From the NCBI GenBank assembly GCA_963674745.2, contig CAXXDV010000003.1:736001-800000 (forward strand): DNA of 64,000 nucleotides, read 5' to 3'. The notes below the pieces were generated by a model. It was not told the DNA's origin. It saw only the letters and a program-made list of their open reading frames with translations, and made no database searches. The stretch's first letter is position 1, and every line of letters begins with the position of its first letter. The DNA is from Desulfosudaceae bacterium. GTDB lineage: Bacteria > Desulfobacterota > Desulfobacteria > Desulfobacterales > Desulfosudaceae. Position numbers and translations under genes: made by a program. Shown piece after piece: positions 9,137 through 18,702 of the stretch.

Positions 9137-9325
9137 AAAGCGCTCCTTTTCGTGTATTGAAACTTAAAGTTAAACAGCCAGGCCGTACTTGTCAACCCGG
9201 GGTTGATGGAAGAACCCACGACTTGATTATTCTATCCATATCTGCCAAAGTTTATTCGTGAGAGTTGTAACTGGCATGTGAACGCTCATTAAATCCGTTT
9301 ATAACAAACGCATGAGGCAGGTCAT

Positions 9326-9568
9326 ATGAGCCGCTGGGAAATTCAGACCAATCCCGATTTATGCACGGGCTGCATGCGCTGCATGCTGGTCTGTTCATGG
9401 CAGTATGAAAAGCAGTTCGCTTTAGCCGCAGCCCGGATCCAGGTGTCAGTCGCCGACGCAGAAATCATTGTTTCATTTCTGGATGACTGCGTGCAATGCG
9501 GCCTGTGCGCGGATAATTGTTTTTACGGGGCACTGATTAAAAAGGAAATAACGGAGGAGGCGTCATGA
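9326..9568 (+). CDS. Small 4Fe-4S dicluster ferredoxin (AOR partner)
   Basis: CTGCMRCMLVC and CVQCGLCADNC; overlaps AOR start by 4 nt. Confidence 0.85.
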   Translation: MSRWEIQTNPDLCTGCMRCMLVCSWQYEKQFALAAARIQVSVADAEIIVSFLDDCVQCGLCADNCFYGALIKKEITEEAS

Positions 9569-11421
9569 CGGTGGCCGGCGGTTTTTCCGGAACCATACTG
9601 CACGTTGACCTGGCGGCACAACAGGTCCGCCGGCAGGCACTGGATGAACGGATGGCCCGGGATTTTATCGGCGGGCTGGGCCTGACCTTCCGGCTGGCAC
9701 TTGATGCCATTACACCCGGTGTTGATCCTTTATCAGCGGACAACCCCATTGTTCTCGGTGCAGGCCCCCTGGTCGGTACGGACGTGCCTTCGTCATCCCG
9801 TATTTACGCCGTCAGCAGGGTTCCCGCCACGGGCACCATCGGCTGGAGCGGGGCCGGAGGCATGACCTTCGGCTGTAACCTGAAATATGCGGGGTATGAC
9901 AATCTCATCATTACCGGCCAAAGTGACCATCCGGTTTTTCTGGAAATAAACGATGACAGAATCCTGTTTCATGATGCCGCTGATCTGTGGGGCAAGGGCA
10001 TTGCCGAAACCACCCGGCAGGTTAACCGGGTGACAGGCGGAAGCAGCGGCGTTATCGCCATCGGTCCGGCCGGTGAAAACCGTTCGGTATTTTCCATGGC
10101 TTATGTGGACGGCGTGTCCACCCTGGGCCGGGGCGGTTTCGGTGCGGTTTTCGGGTCCAAAAACCTGAAAGCCATTGCGGTCCACGGCACCGGCGGCGTC
10201 CGGGTGGCGGATCAAAAGGCATACCGGTCGCTGAGAAACGAGCTGGTGGAAGAAATCCGCAACTACCGGTATTTAAAGGAATGGCAGCACATGGGCATGC
10301 TCAAGTCCTTTCCGGTGGCGCCCCTGGAAGTGTACGAGAAGATCAAAAAGCGCCGCCTGGCCTGTGTTTCCTGCCCGGTGGGATGTAAAGACCTGGTTGA
10401 GATCAAGGACGGGCCTTTTGCCGGTGAAACCTTTCGGTCCAGTTCGGCCATCAATCTTTTTACCCCCCTGATGTACGGTTTTACCGATTATCGCGAGGCG
10501 GCCAGGCTGATCTCGGTGCTCGATGATTTCGGGATGGACATGTTCGAGTTCTTCGGGGTCATGCGTTTTGCCGCCGCCCTGTTTGAACAAGGCATACTGC
10601 CGGCAGAAGAAAACGATCCGCCGATTGTCATTAATGACTTGTCTGCAATGACCGCCTGGGCCAAAAAAACAGCCCAAAGGCAGGGGGTCGGGGATGTGCT
10701 GGCCGACGGGTTTGCCGGCATGCTGTCCGCTTACGGCGAACAGGCCGCCGGTTGCGCACCCGCCCTGGTCAAGAACATGCACCCCTATACCGGCCCGGAA
10801 TCGGCCCTTCCCTGGGACCTGTTCGGCACCATGGAGCTGGGACAGATGATTGATCCCCGGGGACCTCATGTCGGCTCGGGTGGTTCGCCCACCTATTTTG
10901 CCCGGCGGCCCCTGGATGTCTTTCCCCGGCACATGAAACGCATGGGCGTTCCCGAACAGGCTGTCGGGCGTATCCTGCCGGAAAATGAAAACAACGAAAC
11001 CGGCCTGAACGTGGGGGCTTTGCTGGCTTACTCCCACCGCTGGTTTTCCATACTGGGTTCTCTTGGTGTCTGTGCCCGGGGCCAGGTCAACCGGTTTTAT
11101 AATGCCGAACGGTGCGCGGTGCTTTACCAGTCCGTGACCGGTATCGCGACGACGCTCGAGCAGTTGCAGCACCGGGCCGCGCGGGTCTGGACACTGTACA
11201 AGATGTTGAATGTCCGGGAAGGTGTCGGCCGCACAGCGGACGCGGTGCCGGAACGCTGGGTCACCCAACCGGGATTCAAAGACTATCTGACCGAAACCTC
11301 CCTGACACGGGAACAGATCGAAGCCATGGTCAGCGATTATTACCGGGAGCAAGGCTGGCATCCGGATACCGGGGTGCCTGAACCGGAGACATTGAAACGA
11401 CTGGCACTTGATTCGTTTTAA
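9565..11421 (+). CDS. Aldehyde:ferredoxin oxidoreductase family (W/Mo-pterin) protein
   Basis: IL.VDL, LKYAGYD, IGPAGEN, GRGG.GAV.GSKNLKAI, CxxCxxxC, DDFGMD, YY...GW...TG.P..ETL..L.L. Confidence 0.9.
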   Translation: MTVAGGFSGTILHVDLAAQQVRRQALDERMARDFIGGLGLTFRLALDAITPGVDPLSADNPIVLGAGPLVGTDVPSSSRIYAVSRVPATGTIGWSGAGGMTFGCNLKYAGYDNLIITGQSDHPVFLEINDDRILFHDAADLWGKGIAETTRQVNRVTGGSSGVIAIGPAGENRSVFSMAYVDGVSTLGRGGFGAVFGSKNLKAIAVHGTGGVRVADQKAYRSLRNELVEEIRNYRYLKEWQHMGMLKSFPVAPLEVYEKIKKRRLACVSCPVGCKDLVEIKDGPFAGETFRSSSAINLFTPLMYGFTDYREAARLISVLDDFGMDMFEFFGVMRFAAALFEQGILPAEENDPPIVINDLSAMTAWAKKTAQRQGVGDVLADGFAGMLSAYGEQAAGCAPALVKNMHPYTGPESALPWDLFGTMELGQMIDPRGPHVGSGGSPTYFARRPLDVFPRHMKRMGVPEQAVGRILPENENNETGLNVGALLAYSHRWFSILGSLGVCARGQVNRFYNAERCAVLYQSVTGIATTLEQLQHRAARVWTLYKMLNVREGVGRTADAVPERWVTQPGFKDYLTETSLTREQIEAMVSDYYREQGWHPDTGVPEPETLKRLALDSF

Positions 11422-11468
11422 AATGGCATCGATTCTTTCAACCTGGCGAATCCGCTGATGGTGAATTA

Positions 11469-13241
11469 TTATCCGGTTTGATCCAAGGCGGTCAGCGTTT
11501 TTTCAAGGTTTGTTTTTGCTGCTTTATCTTTCGGATCAGCCTGCAAGGCTTTTTGAAAAAACGGAATGGCCTTTTCATAATTTCCCGAAGAAGCCATCAC
11601 CGCCCCCAGACCATTATACGCGGGCGCATAATCAGAATTGATGCGAAGCGCTTCTGTATAATAATGCGCGGCTTCTTGTAATTTTCTCTGCCTTAAAAAA
11701 AGATTGCCCACATTGGTCAGGGCCGTTATATTTCCGGGTTTTATTTCCAGGCTCCGGGCATAGTTTTCAGCCGCTTTTTTTATGTCTCCCTGTTCGGAAA
11801 AAAGGACGCCTAAATTGAGATACGCTGTTTCAAAATCGGGGTTGATCTGAATCGCCTTCCGGTAATGCACAATGGCTTTGTCCGGCATGCCTTTTTCTTT
11901 GTAGGCAAGTCCCAGGTTGTTCTGCGCGACAAAATTTTCCGCTGTTACATCAAGGCTGTGCTTGAATAACGTTATGCTGTCTTTCCAATAATTCACCTGG
12001 ATTCTGCTGGCAAGGAGTAAAATGCCTATCAGCGACACGACGATAGTGCCGATATAGACATTTTTCAGGCGCCATTTTGTCGCCAGGGCCGTACCGCCCC
12101 ATGCAAATATGATAAATATGCCGATAAGGGGTATATATGTATATCGATCCGCCAGTCCCTGGGTGCCGACTTGAACGATGCCGATAACAGGTACCAGCGT
12201 ACCCGCAAACCATAACCATCCAACGATGAAGTACGGGTGTGTTTTGTATGTTTTAACGGCAATTGTGGATATGAGTGCCAAAATGATGCTGCAAATGGTG
12301 GCGTTTGTTAACGAAATGGTTTCCGGGTATGGATAAGCAATGGCAAGGTTGATGGGCAGCAAGGTCTTATACAGATAAAGAATATAGGAAACCAGCGCAT
12401 TTGCCAGACGGCCGACAAATGGATATGTCTGTATATTAGCCAAGGCCCCGCCCGTTTGTTGGGCGTAAATCGTCATCAGGCAGGATCCTGCCGACAGCAG
12501 CAGAAAAGGGACCTTTTCCAACAGAAGATTGATGCCGGCTGATTTTTCTCTTTCCCCCTTCCGGGTGTTTTCCGTAACAAATCGATAACGGCGGAGCGGC
12601 CAGTAATCAAGCAGCATCAGGACAAAGGGGAGCGTAACAACCATGGGCTTTGCCATCAATCCCAGGAAAAATAGTAAGAGCGTGCCCAGGTAACGAAGCA
12701 AACTCTCTTTCTCTGCATAAACCGCATAACCGTACAGGGTCAGTATCCAAAAGAAAGTGCTCAGGATATCCTTTCTTTCGGCAACCCATGCGACTGATTC
12801 CACGTGAAGCGGATGGACGGCAAATAATGCCGCGACAAAACCGCTTTGCCATACGGCACCTGACATCCTTTTGAGAACCGTGAACAGAAGCAGCGTGTTG
12901 ATGATATGAAAAAGCAGGTTCGTCAGGTGATGCATTCCGGGATCCAGACCGAAAAATTCAACATCAACCATGTGAGACAGCCAGGTTAGCGGGTGCCAGT
13001 TTGACCGGGATGTTGAGGTAAATGCCCAAAGGACGCTGTCTGTTGATAACCCCTCCCTGACGCTGATATTTTCGACAACATATTCATAATCGTCATAATT
13101 AATAAAATGGTGGTTCCATACCCCCCAATACGCGCAGAGGGTGATGCATACCAAAAGGCCATAGATGAACAGGCTTTTCGATGAACCCGGGCCGGATGCC
13201 CTGGCGGCGTTGCCGGAAATTGTAATGCGGTTTTTTTCCAT
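11469..13241 (-). CDS. TMTC-like GT-C membrane glycosyltransferase with C-terminal TPRs
   Basis: NYDD loop, NWHPLTW, HPLHVESVAWVAERKD, ADRYTY motifs; many TM helices; about four TPRs. Confidence 0.8.
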   Translation of the reverse strand: MEKNRITISGNAARASGPGSSKSLFIYGLLVCITLCAYWGVWNHHFINYDDYEYVVENISVREGLSTDSVLWAFTSTSRSNWHPLTWLSHMVDVEFFGLDPGMHHLTNLLFHIINTLLLFTVLKRMSGAVWQSGFVAALFAVHPLHVESVAWVAERKDILSTFFWILTLYGYAVYAEKESLLRYLGTLLLFFLGLMAKPMVVTLPFVLMLLDYWPLRRYRFVTENTRKGEREKSAGINLLLEKVPFLLLSAGSCLMTIYAQQTGGALANIQTYPFVGRLANALVSYILYLYKTLLPINLAIAYPYPETISLTNATICSIILALISTIAVKTYKTHPYFIVGWLWFAGTLVPVIGIVQVGTQGLADRYTYIPLIGIFIIFAWGGTALATKWRLKNVYIGTIVVSLIGILLLASRIQVNYWKDSITLFKHSLDVTAENFVAQNNLGLAYKEKGMPDKAIVHYRKAIQINPDFETAYLNLGVLFSEQGDIKKAAENYARSLEIKPGNITALTNVGNLFLRQRKLQEAAHYYTEALRINSDYAPAYNGLGAVMASSGNYEKAIPFFQKALQADPKDKAAKTNLEKTLTALDQTG

Positions 13242-13429
13242 ACCTTAACCATTCATGCGTTGGGGCATGGTCTGTCTTTTGTTTTTATATAATTTGTAGC
13301 AAGACCGGTTTTTTCTGTCAATGCTTTCCCTCTTGGTAATTCAACCGCGTTTTAAAAAAATCCGTTTTTACGGAGACCTGTCGCCGTCGCATGCTTTTGG
13401 GTGATGATAAACCGCCGACAATATCATTT

Positions 13430-13467
13430 TTCATTTATTTTTCACTTTGTTTTCATAATCGTTTCAT
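13430..13467 (+). promoter_or_regulatory. Four tandem cre-tag-like repeats (TTCAY, 11-bp period); putative CreB site
   Basis: TTCAT 13430, TTCAC 13441, TTCAT 13452, TTCAT 13463; matches TTCAC-N6-TTCAC geometry; creBC lie in the downstream operon. Confidence 0.75.
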
Positions 13468-13525
13468 TCTCTCCGTGCATCATGCAGGCAAATCACGAAA
13501 CATATTATCATAAGGAGGATGCGCC

Positions 13526-15523
13526 ATGAAACAAAACCAAACCATTTCGATCATGATCATCGTTGTTTGTCTGGCCCTGTTTGCGGGAACGGCGGCCATC
13601 GGGGCCACAGGCACGGACAAGACCCTGTCACCGTATTTTTTTGTTCAAACCGAAGAAAGCGGCACGGATCATTTCCCGTTGAAAGCCACGGATGTCAGGG
13701 CGGATATCTGTGGTGTCATCGCCGATGTGTCGGTCAAGCAGGTTTACGAAAATCAGGGCACTGAGGCGATCAACGCGCAGTATATTTTTCCGGCCTCCAC
13801 CCGGGCGGCGGTTCACGGCCTGACCATGAAGATCGGTGAACGAATCATTCATGCCAGGGTGAAGGAAAAGGAAGTCGCCAAAAAAACGTTTGAGAAAGCC
13901 AAAAAAGAGGGCAAAAGCGCTACCCTGCTGGAGCAGCAGCGTCCCAACGTGTTCAGCATGAACGTGGCCAACATCATGCCGGGCGATAACATTGAAATCG
14001 AACTTCGTTACACGGAACTGCTCGTACCAACCGACGGTGTCTATGAATTTGTTTATCCCACCGTGGTCGGTCCACGGTATTCGGATCAGACGGAAGCACT
14101 TGCCCCGGCATCGGAGCAATGGGTCAAGAATCCGTATTTGAAACAGGGCACGCCTGTTTCAACAACCTTTGATATGAACGTCAACCTGTCCACCGGTCTG
14201 CCGATTCAGGATTTACAGTGCCGGACCCATGAGACGGTCGTTGACTGGAATGGTGAGGCCCGGGCGGGTGTCCGCCTGAAGAATGCCGGTGATTTCGGCG
14301 GTGATCGGGACTATATCCTGAACTATCGCCTGAGCGGATCAAAAATCGAATCCGGACTGACGCTTTATGAAGGCGAAGATGAAAATTTTTTCCTGCTCAT
14401 GGTTCAGCCGCCTGAACGCGTCAAGCCCGAGGAAATCCCCGCCCGGGAGTATGTTTTTGTGGTGGATGTGTCCGGTTCCATGAGCGGTTTCCCACTAAAT
14501 ACGGCCAAGCGATTGATGCGCGATCTGGTGGGCGGCCTGAAGCCGACGGATACGTTTAATGTCCTTCTGTTTTCCGGCAGCTCGCGTTTGATGTCTAATA
14601 CCTCCATTCCGGCCACGGCCGACAATATCAGCCGGGCCGTCGCATTTCTGGAAAAGCAGCGGGGCGGTGGCGGAACCCGGCTGTACAGTGCGCTTGACAA
14701 GGCTTTGCAACTTCCCCGGCGAGAGGGGTGTTCGCGTACCATGGTTATTGTTACCGACGGATATATCCAGGCCGAACGAGATGTGTTTGAATTGATTCAG
14801 GATAATATGAACCGGACCAATGTGTTTGCCTTCGGGATCGGCAGCGGTGTCAACCGTTATCTTATCGAGGGCATGGCCAAAGCCGGTATGGGCGAACCCT
14901 TTGTGGTGACCGACAAGGATGAAGCGCCGAAAACCGCCAGGGCTTTCCGGGAGTATATTTCCGCGCCGGTGTTGACCGGGGCTTCGGTTCGGTTTGACGG
15001 GTTTGAAACATATGATGTCGAACCCCCGTCCATTCCGGATCTTTTCGCCAAAAGGCCGGTGATTGTTTTTGGAAAGTGGCGGGGTAAAGCCCGGGGCAAG
15101 GTCACGGTGACCGGAACCGGCGGTCAGGGAGCTTACAAGCAGGTGTTTGATGTCTCCAAAATAAAGCCGGCGGATGTGAACCGGGCGCAACGATATCTCT
15201 GGGCGCGGTCCCGCATTTCCAGGCTTTCGGATTTTCAGAAGGGCAAATCAGATCCGGACCGGAAAGCGGAAATCACCAGCCTCGGCCTGACTTATAACCT
15301 GCTGACGGCGTATACCTCATTTATAGCGGTCCTCGAGGAAGTTCGTAATCCGCAGGGCAACGCCAAAAACGTGAAACAACCGCTGCCCCTGCCCAAGGGG
15401 GTTTCCAACAATGCTGTCGGCGGATGTGCCACCGTTCCCGAACCGGGGTTGCTGTACCTGTTGGCGGGATTGGGGGGTATCGCGATACTGATAAATCGGA
15501 AAAGAATTCTAAACAGGGGATAG
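13526..15523 (+). CDS. Secreted VIT + vWA domain protein with C-terminal PEP-CTERM-type sorting signal
   Basis: AAGGAGG RBS; signal peptide; VIT (V.Q.YEN...EA.YIFP...LLEQQRPNVF..NVANI.PG); MIDAS DVSGS/T/TDG; C-terminus VPEP-hydrophobic-RKR. Confidence 0.9.
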   Translation: MKQNQTISIMIIVVCLALFAGTAAIGATGTDKTLSPYFFVQTEESGTDHFPLKATDVRADICGVIADVSVKQVYENQGTEAINAQYIFPASTRAAVHGLTMKIGERIIHARVKEKEVAKKTFEKAKKEGKSATLLEQQRPNVFSMNVANIMPGDNIEIELRYTELLVPTDGVYEFVYPTVVGPRYSDQTEALAPASEQWVKNPYLKQGTPVSTTFDMNVNLSTGLPIQDLQCRTHETVVDWNGEARAGVRLKNAGDFGGDRDYILNYRLSGSKIESGLTLYEGEDENFFLLMVQPPERVKPEEIPAREYVFVVDVSGSMSGFPLNTAKRLMRDLVGGLKPTDTFNVLLFSGSSRLMSNTSIPATADNISRAVAFLEKQRGGGGTRLYSALDKALQLPRREGCSRTMVIVTDGYIQAERDVFELIQDNMNRTNVFAFGIGSGVNRYLIEGMAKAGMGEPFVVTDKDEAPKTARAFREYISAPVLTGASVRFDGFETYDVEPPSIPDLFAKRPVIVFGKWRGKARGKVTVTGTGGQGAYKQVFDVSKIKPADVNRAQRYLWARSRISRLSDFQKGKSDPDRKAEITSLGLTYNLLTAYTSFIAVLEEVRNPQGNAKNVKQPLPLPKGVSNNAVGGCATVPEPGLLYLLAGLGGIAILINRKRILNRG

Positions 15524-15525
15524 CC

Positions 15526-16341
15526 ATGAGATCCTGGCAGCAATCCATCAGGCGTGACGCGGTTTTTTATCCGGTTGCCGTTTTGATGGCCCTGGCGGTC
15601 AAGCAACACTTCAGCCAGGCCCGGCCGGAGGACCTTATTTGGATTCTCAAACCCACGGCGGGCCTGGTTTCCCTGCTCAACGGGGATGTGTTTATCTTTG
15701 AAGCCGGGGCCGGTTATGCCTGTCATGTTCGAAACGTGATCATTGCCCCGGCCTGTGCGGGTGTCAATTTCATGCTTATGGCCTTCGGGATGGCGGTTTT
15801 TTCCGGGATGCGCCACATGCGCGGGTGGCGGCATGGTGCTGCCTGGCTGCTGTCATGCCTGCTCGCGTCCTATCTGCTGACCCTGGTTGTAAACGCCCTG
15901 CGCATCATGGTTTCCATTTATACGTATAATTCGGGCGCTTTTGTCGATGGCATGATGTGGGAACGAATTCATCGCCTGGAAGGGATCGTGATATATTTCT
16001 TTTTTCAATACCTGTTTTATTCTATGATACAGAAGATTGTCCGGAGATATTCGGCCGGTCAAGTCGGTCGAATAACAAAAAATCCCGTGATGCCAGGGGG
16101 TGGAACGATGCGGCTCCGGAAAATCCTTGCAAAGGGAATGATGCCCTGTGCCTGGTATCTGGGTGTAACACTGGCCGTGCCTTTTTTTAACCGGGCGGCC
16201 GCCAGATACGGCAGCCTGTTTTTCGAGCACGCGGCCATGGTACTCAGCCTGTGCCTGATGACCTGGACCGGCATAGCCGTTGTTGAGCTCTGCGGTCAGG
16301 GAATTCGCCTGTTATTTTACCGGGGGTTATCAAAACCATGA
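15526..16341 (+). CDS. xrtK: Exosortase (K-like)
   Basis: Multi-TM; Cys-Arg-His triad IAPACAGVNF / NALRI / IHRLEG; LKPT..LV.L..G..F..E...GY motif; starts 2 nt after the VPEP protein stop. Subfamily assigned from memory of motifs. Confidence 0.75.
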   Translation: MRSWQQSIRRDAVFYPVAVLMALAVKQHFSQARPEDLIWILKPTAGLVSLLNGDVFIFEAGAGYACHVRNVIIAPACAGVNFMLMAFGMAVFSGMRHMRGWRHGAAWLLSCLLASYLLTLVVNALRIMVSIYTYNSGAFVDGMMWERIHRLEGIVIYFFFQYLFYSMIQKIVRRYSAGQVGRITKNPVMPGGGTMRLRKILAKGMMPCAWYLGVTLAVPFFNRAAARYGSLFFEHAAMVLSLCLMTWTGIAVVELCGQGIRLLFYRGLSKP

Positions 16342-17021
16342 AATCCAGAGTCCTGATTGTTGAAGACGAGCCGGCCATTGCCGATACCATCCAGTACGCG
16401 CTGGAAACCGACGGATTTCATACCGCCCTGCTGACTGCCGGGCAGCCGGTGCTGCCTTATCTGGCAGCGGAAAAAGTCGATCTGATGATACTGGATATCG
16501 GCCTGCCGGACATCAACGGACTTGAATTATGCAAAAAAATTCGTGAACAGCATGACCTGCCGATTATTTTCCTGACCGCCCGTTCCGATGAAGTTGACCG
16601 GGTGGTCGGCCTTGAGATCGGGGGGGATGATTATGTGACCAAGCCCTTCAGCCCGCGGGAGTTGTCCGCCCGGGTTCGGGCGGTCCTCAGGCGCACCGGG
16701 AAAGGCCCGTCTTCCGCCCCACCGGCGTCATCCGCATTTCATATTGATGAGATGCGGCAGCGGATATCATTTTACGGTGAAGTGCTGGACCTCTCCCGTT
16801 ATGAATTTCGTCTGCTGAAGACATTTATTGATTCTCCCGGGCGGGTCTTTACGCGGGACCAGCTCATGGCAAATGCCTGGGATGAACCCGAAGCCAGCAT
16901 GGACAGGACGGTGGACGCTCATATCAAGAACCTGCGGGCCAAGCTCAGAGCCGTTGATCCGGAGATGGATCCCATTGTAACCCACCGGGGCACGGGCTAT
17001 TCATTGAAAGAGGGGATATGA
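16338..17021 (+). CDS. creB: OmpR-family response regulator CreB
   Basis: VEDEPAIADTIQYALETDGF, DIGLPDING, GGDDYVTKPFSPRE, DRTVDAHIKNLRAKL, THRG.GYSL. Confidence 0.88.
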   Translation: MKSRVLIVEDEPAIADTIQYALETDGFHTALLTAGQPVLPYLAAEKVDLMILDIGLPDINGLELCKKIREQHDLPIIFLTARSDEVDRVVGLEIGGDDYVTKPFSPRELSARVRAVLRRTGKGPSSAPPASSAFHIDEMRQRISFYGEVLDLSRYEFRLLKTFIDSPGRVFTRDQLMANAWDEPEASMDRTVDAHIKNLRAKLRAVDPEMDPIVTHRGTGYSLKEGI

Positions 17022-18478
17022 AACTCGGTATTCGCATCTTTTTTCTATATGTGACGATTTTCGTGATCTGTTTTTATTACCCCATCAATTGGACCTGGAC
17101 CAATCTCCGCTTCCGGTACCTGGAAGGCGTGGAGGACCCGCTGGTGGACCAGGCCAACATCCTGGCCGCCATTGTCGGCCACCAGATGCAAAGCGGCAGC
17201 TTCGATCCAAAAGCCTTTTACCGGGCATTTCAGAGTGTCTATGGCCGGCAGCTTAAAGCCCGGATTTATCAGTTTGATAAAGACCGGGTGGATATGCGGG
17301 TATATATTACGGACAAGGCCGGTCGGATTGTTTTTGATTCCGAGGACAACGGTCGTGTGGGTGAAGATTATGCCACCTGGCGGGATGTCCGCCTGACGCT
17401 GGATGGCGAATACGGGGCCCGGTCGACGCTCAAGGATCCGGAAGAGCCCACATCTTCCGTGCTGTATGTGGCGGCGCCGATCATGGTCAACGGTGAAACC
17501 GCCGGTGTCCTGACCGTGGCAAAACCGACCACGGCCGTCAACACCTTTCTGGAAAAAGCCAAACCCCGGATCGTCAGGATCGGGCTGCTTGCGGCCCTGG
17601 TCGCTATTGTTTTGAGCTTTCTCGTTTCTTATGCGGTTACCCTGCCCATCCGGCGGCTGACGCGTTACGCGAATGATATCAGCGCCGGTCGGCGATCTTC
17701 TTTTCCCCGGCTGGACACTAGCGAGATCGGTGATATGGGCAAAGCCTTTGAAAAGATGCAGGAGGCGCTGGAAGGTAAAAAATACGTGGAACAGTACGTC
17801 CAAAAGCTGACCCATGAAATCAAAAGCCCCTTGTCGGCTATCCGGGGGGCGGCCGAATTGCTCGAAGAGCAGATGGACGAGGCGCAGCGGGAGCGTTTTT
17901 TAGCCAATATTCATAATGAAGCCAATCGTATTCAGGACATTGTTGACCGCCTGCTGGAGCTGGCGTCACTGGAAAACCTGAAACAACTCAATAAGCGGGA
18001 AAGTATATCTATCGGCTCGCTGATACGGACAACCCTGGAAAGCATGCGTCCCATCATTGCCAAAAAAAAACTGACCGTTGTCAACCGGGTGCCGGAGGGT
18101 ATCATGGTCAGCGGCGATTCCTTTCTGCTGCATCGGGCCATTTCCAATCTGGTCCAGAATGCCGTGGACTTCAGTCCTGTCCATGGGCAGATCGAACTGG
18201 CGGCCACAAGAAGCAGCCAGGGCGTGGAATTGACCGTAGAGGATCACGGTCCGGGTATCCCTGATTATGCGGTCGGCAAGGTGTTTGATAAGTTCTTTTC
18301 CCTTCAACGGCCGGATACCGGCAGAAAAAGCACGGGTCTGGGATTGAATTTCGTAAAAGAAGTGGCCATGTTGCATAATGGTGACATAGGGCTACAGAAC
18401 AGGGCCGGGGGCGGCGCACGGGCCGTTTTGAGGCTGGAAAACAAGCCCCGCTCACCGGCCGTTCATCTTCCCTCCTGA
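17018..18478 (+). CDS. creC: Sensor histidine kinase CreC
   Basis: MKLGIRIF, E..LVD.ANILA, DY..WRDV.LTL.GEYGARST, LYVAAP, LEGKKYVEQYVQKLTHEIKSPL, FFSLQRP...KSTGLGL.FV.EVA.LH.G. Confidence 0.9.
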   Translation: MKLGIRIFFLYVTIFVICFYYPINWTWTNLRFRYLEGVEDPLVDQANILAAIVGHQMQSGSFDPKAFYRAFQSVYGRQLKARIYQFDKDRVDMRVYITDKAGRIVFDSEDNGRVGEDYATWRDVRLTLDGEYGARSTLKDPEEPTSSVLYVAAPIMVNGETAGVLTVAKPTTAVNTFLEKAKPRIVRIGLLAALVAIVLSFLVSYAVTLPIRRLTRYANDISAGRRSSFPRLDTSEIGDMGKAFEKMQEALEGKKYVEQYVQKLTHEIKSPLSAIRGAAELLEEQMDEAQRERFLANIHNEANRIQDIVDRLLELASLENLKQLNKRESISIGSLIRTTLESMRPIIAKKKLTVVNRVPEGIMVSGDSFLLHRAISNLVQNAVDFSPVHGQIELAATRSSQGVELTVEDHGPGIPDYAVGKVFDKFFSLQRPDTGRKSTGLGLNFVKEVAMLHNGDIGLQNRAGGGARAVLRLENKPRSPAVHLPS

Positions 18479-18605
18479 TTTTAATCATCAACCGTTTCCG
18501 GCTCAAAAGGTTCACAAAAAAGCAATCAGGGCCGGGGTCGTTAATGGATCGGACTCACGGGTGTCTACATAAAGACAGGCACATGTTTGAATAAAAACAA
18601 CCGGG

Positions 18606-18634
18606 TTGACTTTTTTCGGGGTTTCATTTATAAT
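18606..18634 (+). promoter_or_regulatory. Near-consensus sigma70 promoter
   Basis: TTGACT-17 bp-TATAAT, about 70 nt upstream of ATG 18703. Confidence 0.7.
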
Positions 18635-18702
18635 ATACTATATTTATTATATTTTGACGCCATTAAAAATTCCTTTTGTTTCTTTGGTTACAGGAAGGCG
18701 AT

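Noticed and set aside
8201..9160. 319-aa plus-strand ORF and other long antisense ORFs (e.g. 10273-11361, 17045-17815, 24819-25709, 37558-38337, 40791-41570, 50511-51212)
   Set aside because: They lie opposite well-supported genes, have no recognisable motifs, and are expected shadows of GC-rich codon usage.
9191..9207. Recurring (T)CAACC..GGTTGA palindromes near 1533, 9192 and 18598
   Set aside because: Spacing varies between copies; more simply explained by back-to-back -35 elements or chance.
9272..9286. Sigma-54 promoter upstream of ferredoxin-AOR (TGGCATGTGAACGCT)
   Set aside because: GG-to-GC spacing is one base short of the strict -24/-12 requirement and TTGC is absent.
18511..18515. 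TTCAC downstream of creC as a remnant creD promoter
   Set aside because: Single pentamer with no partner at 11 bp and no creD-like ORF following.
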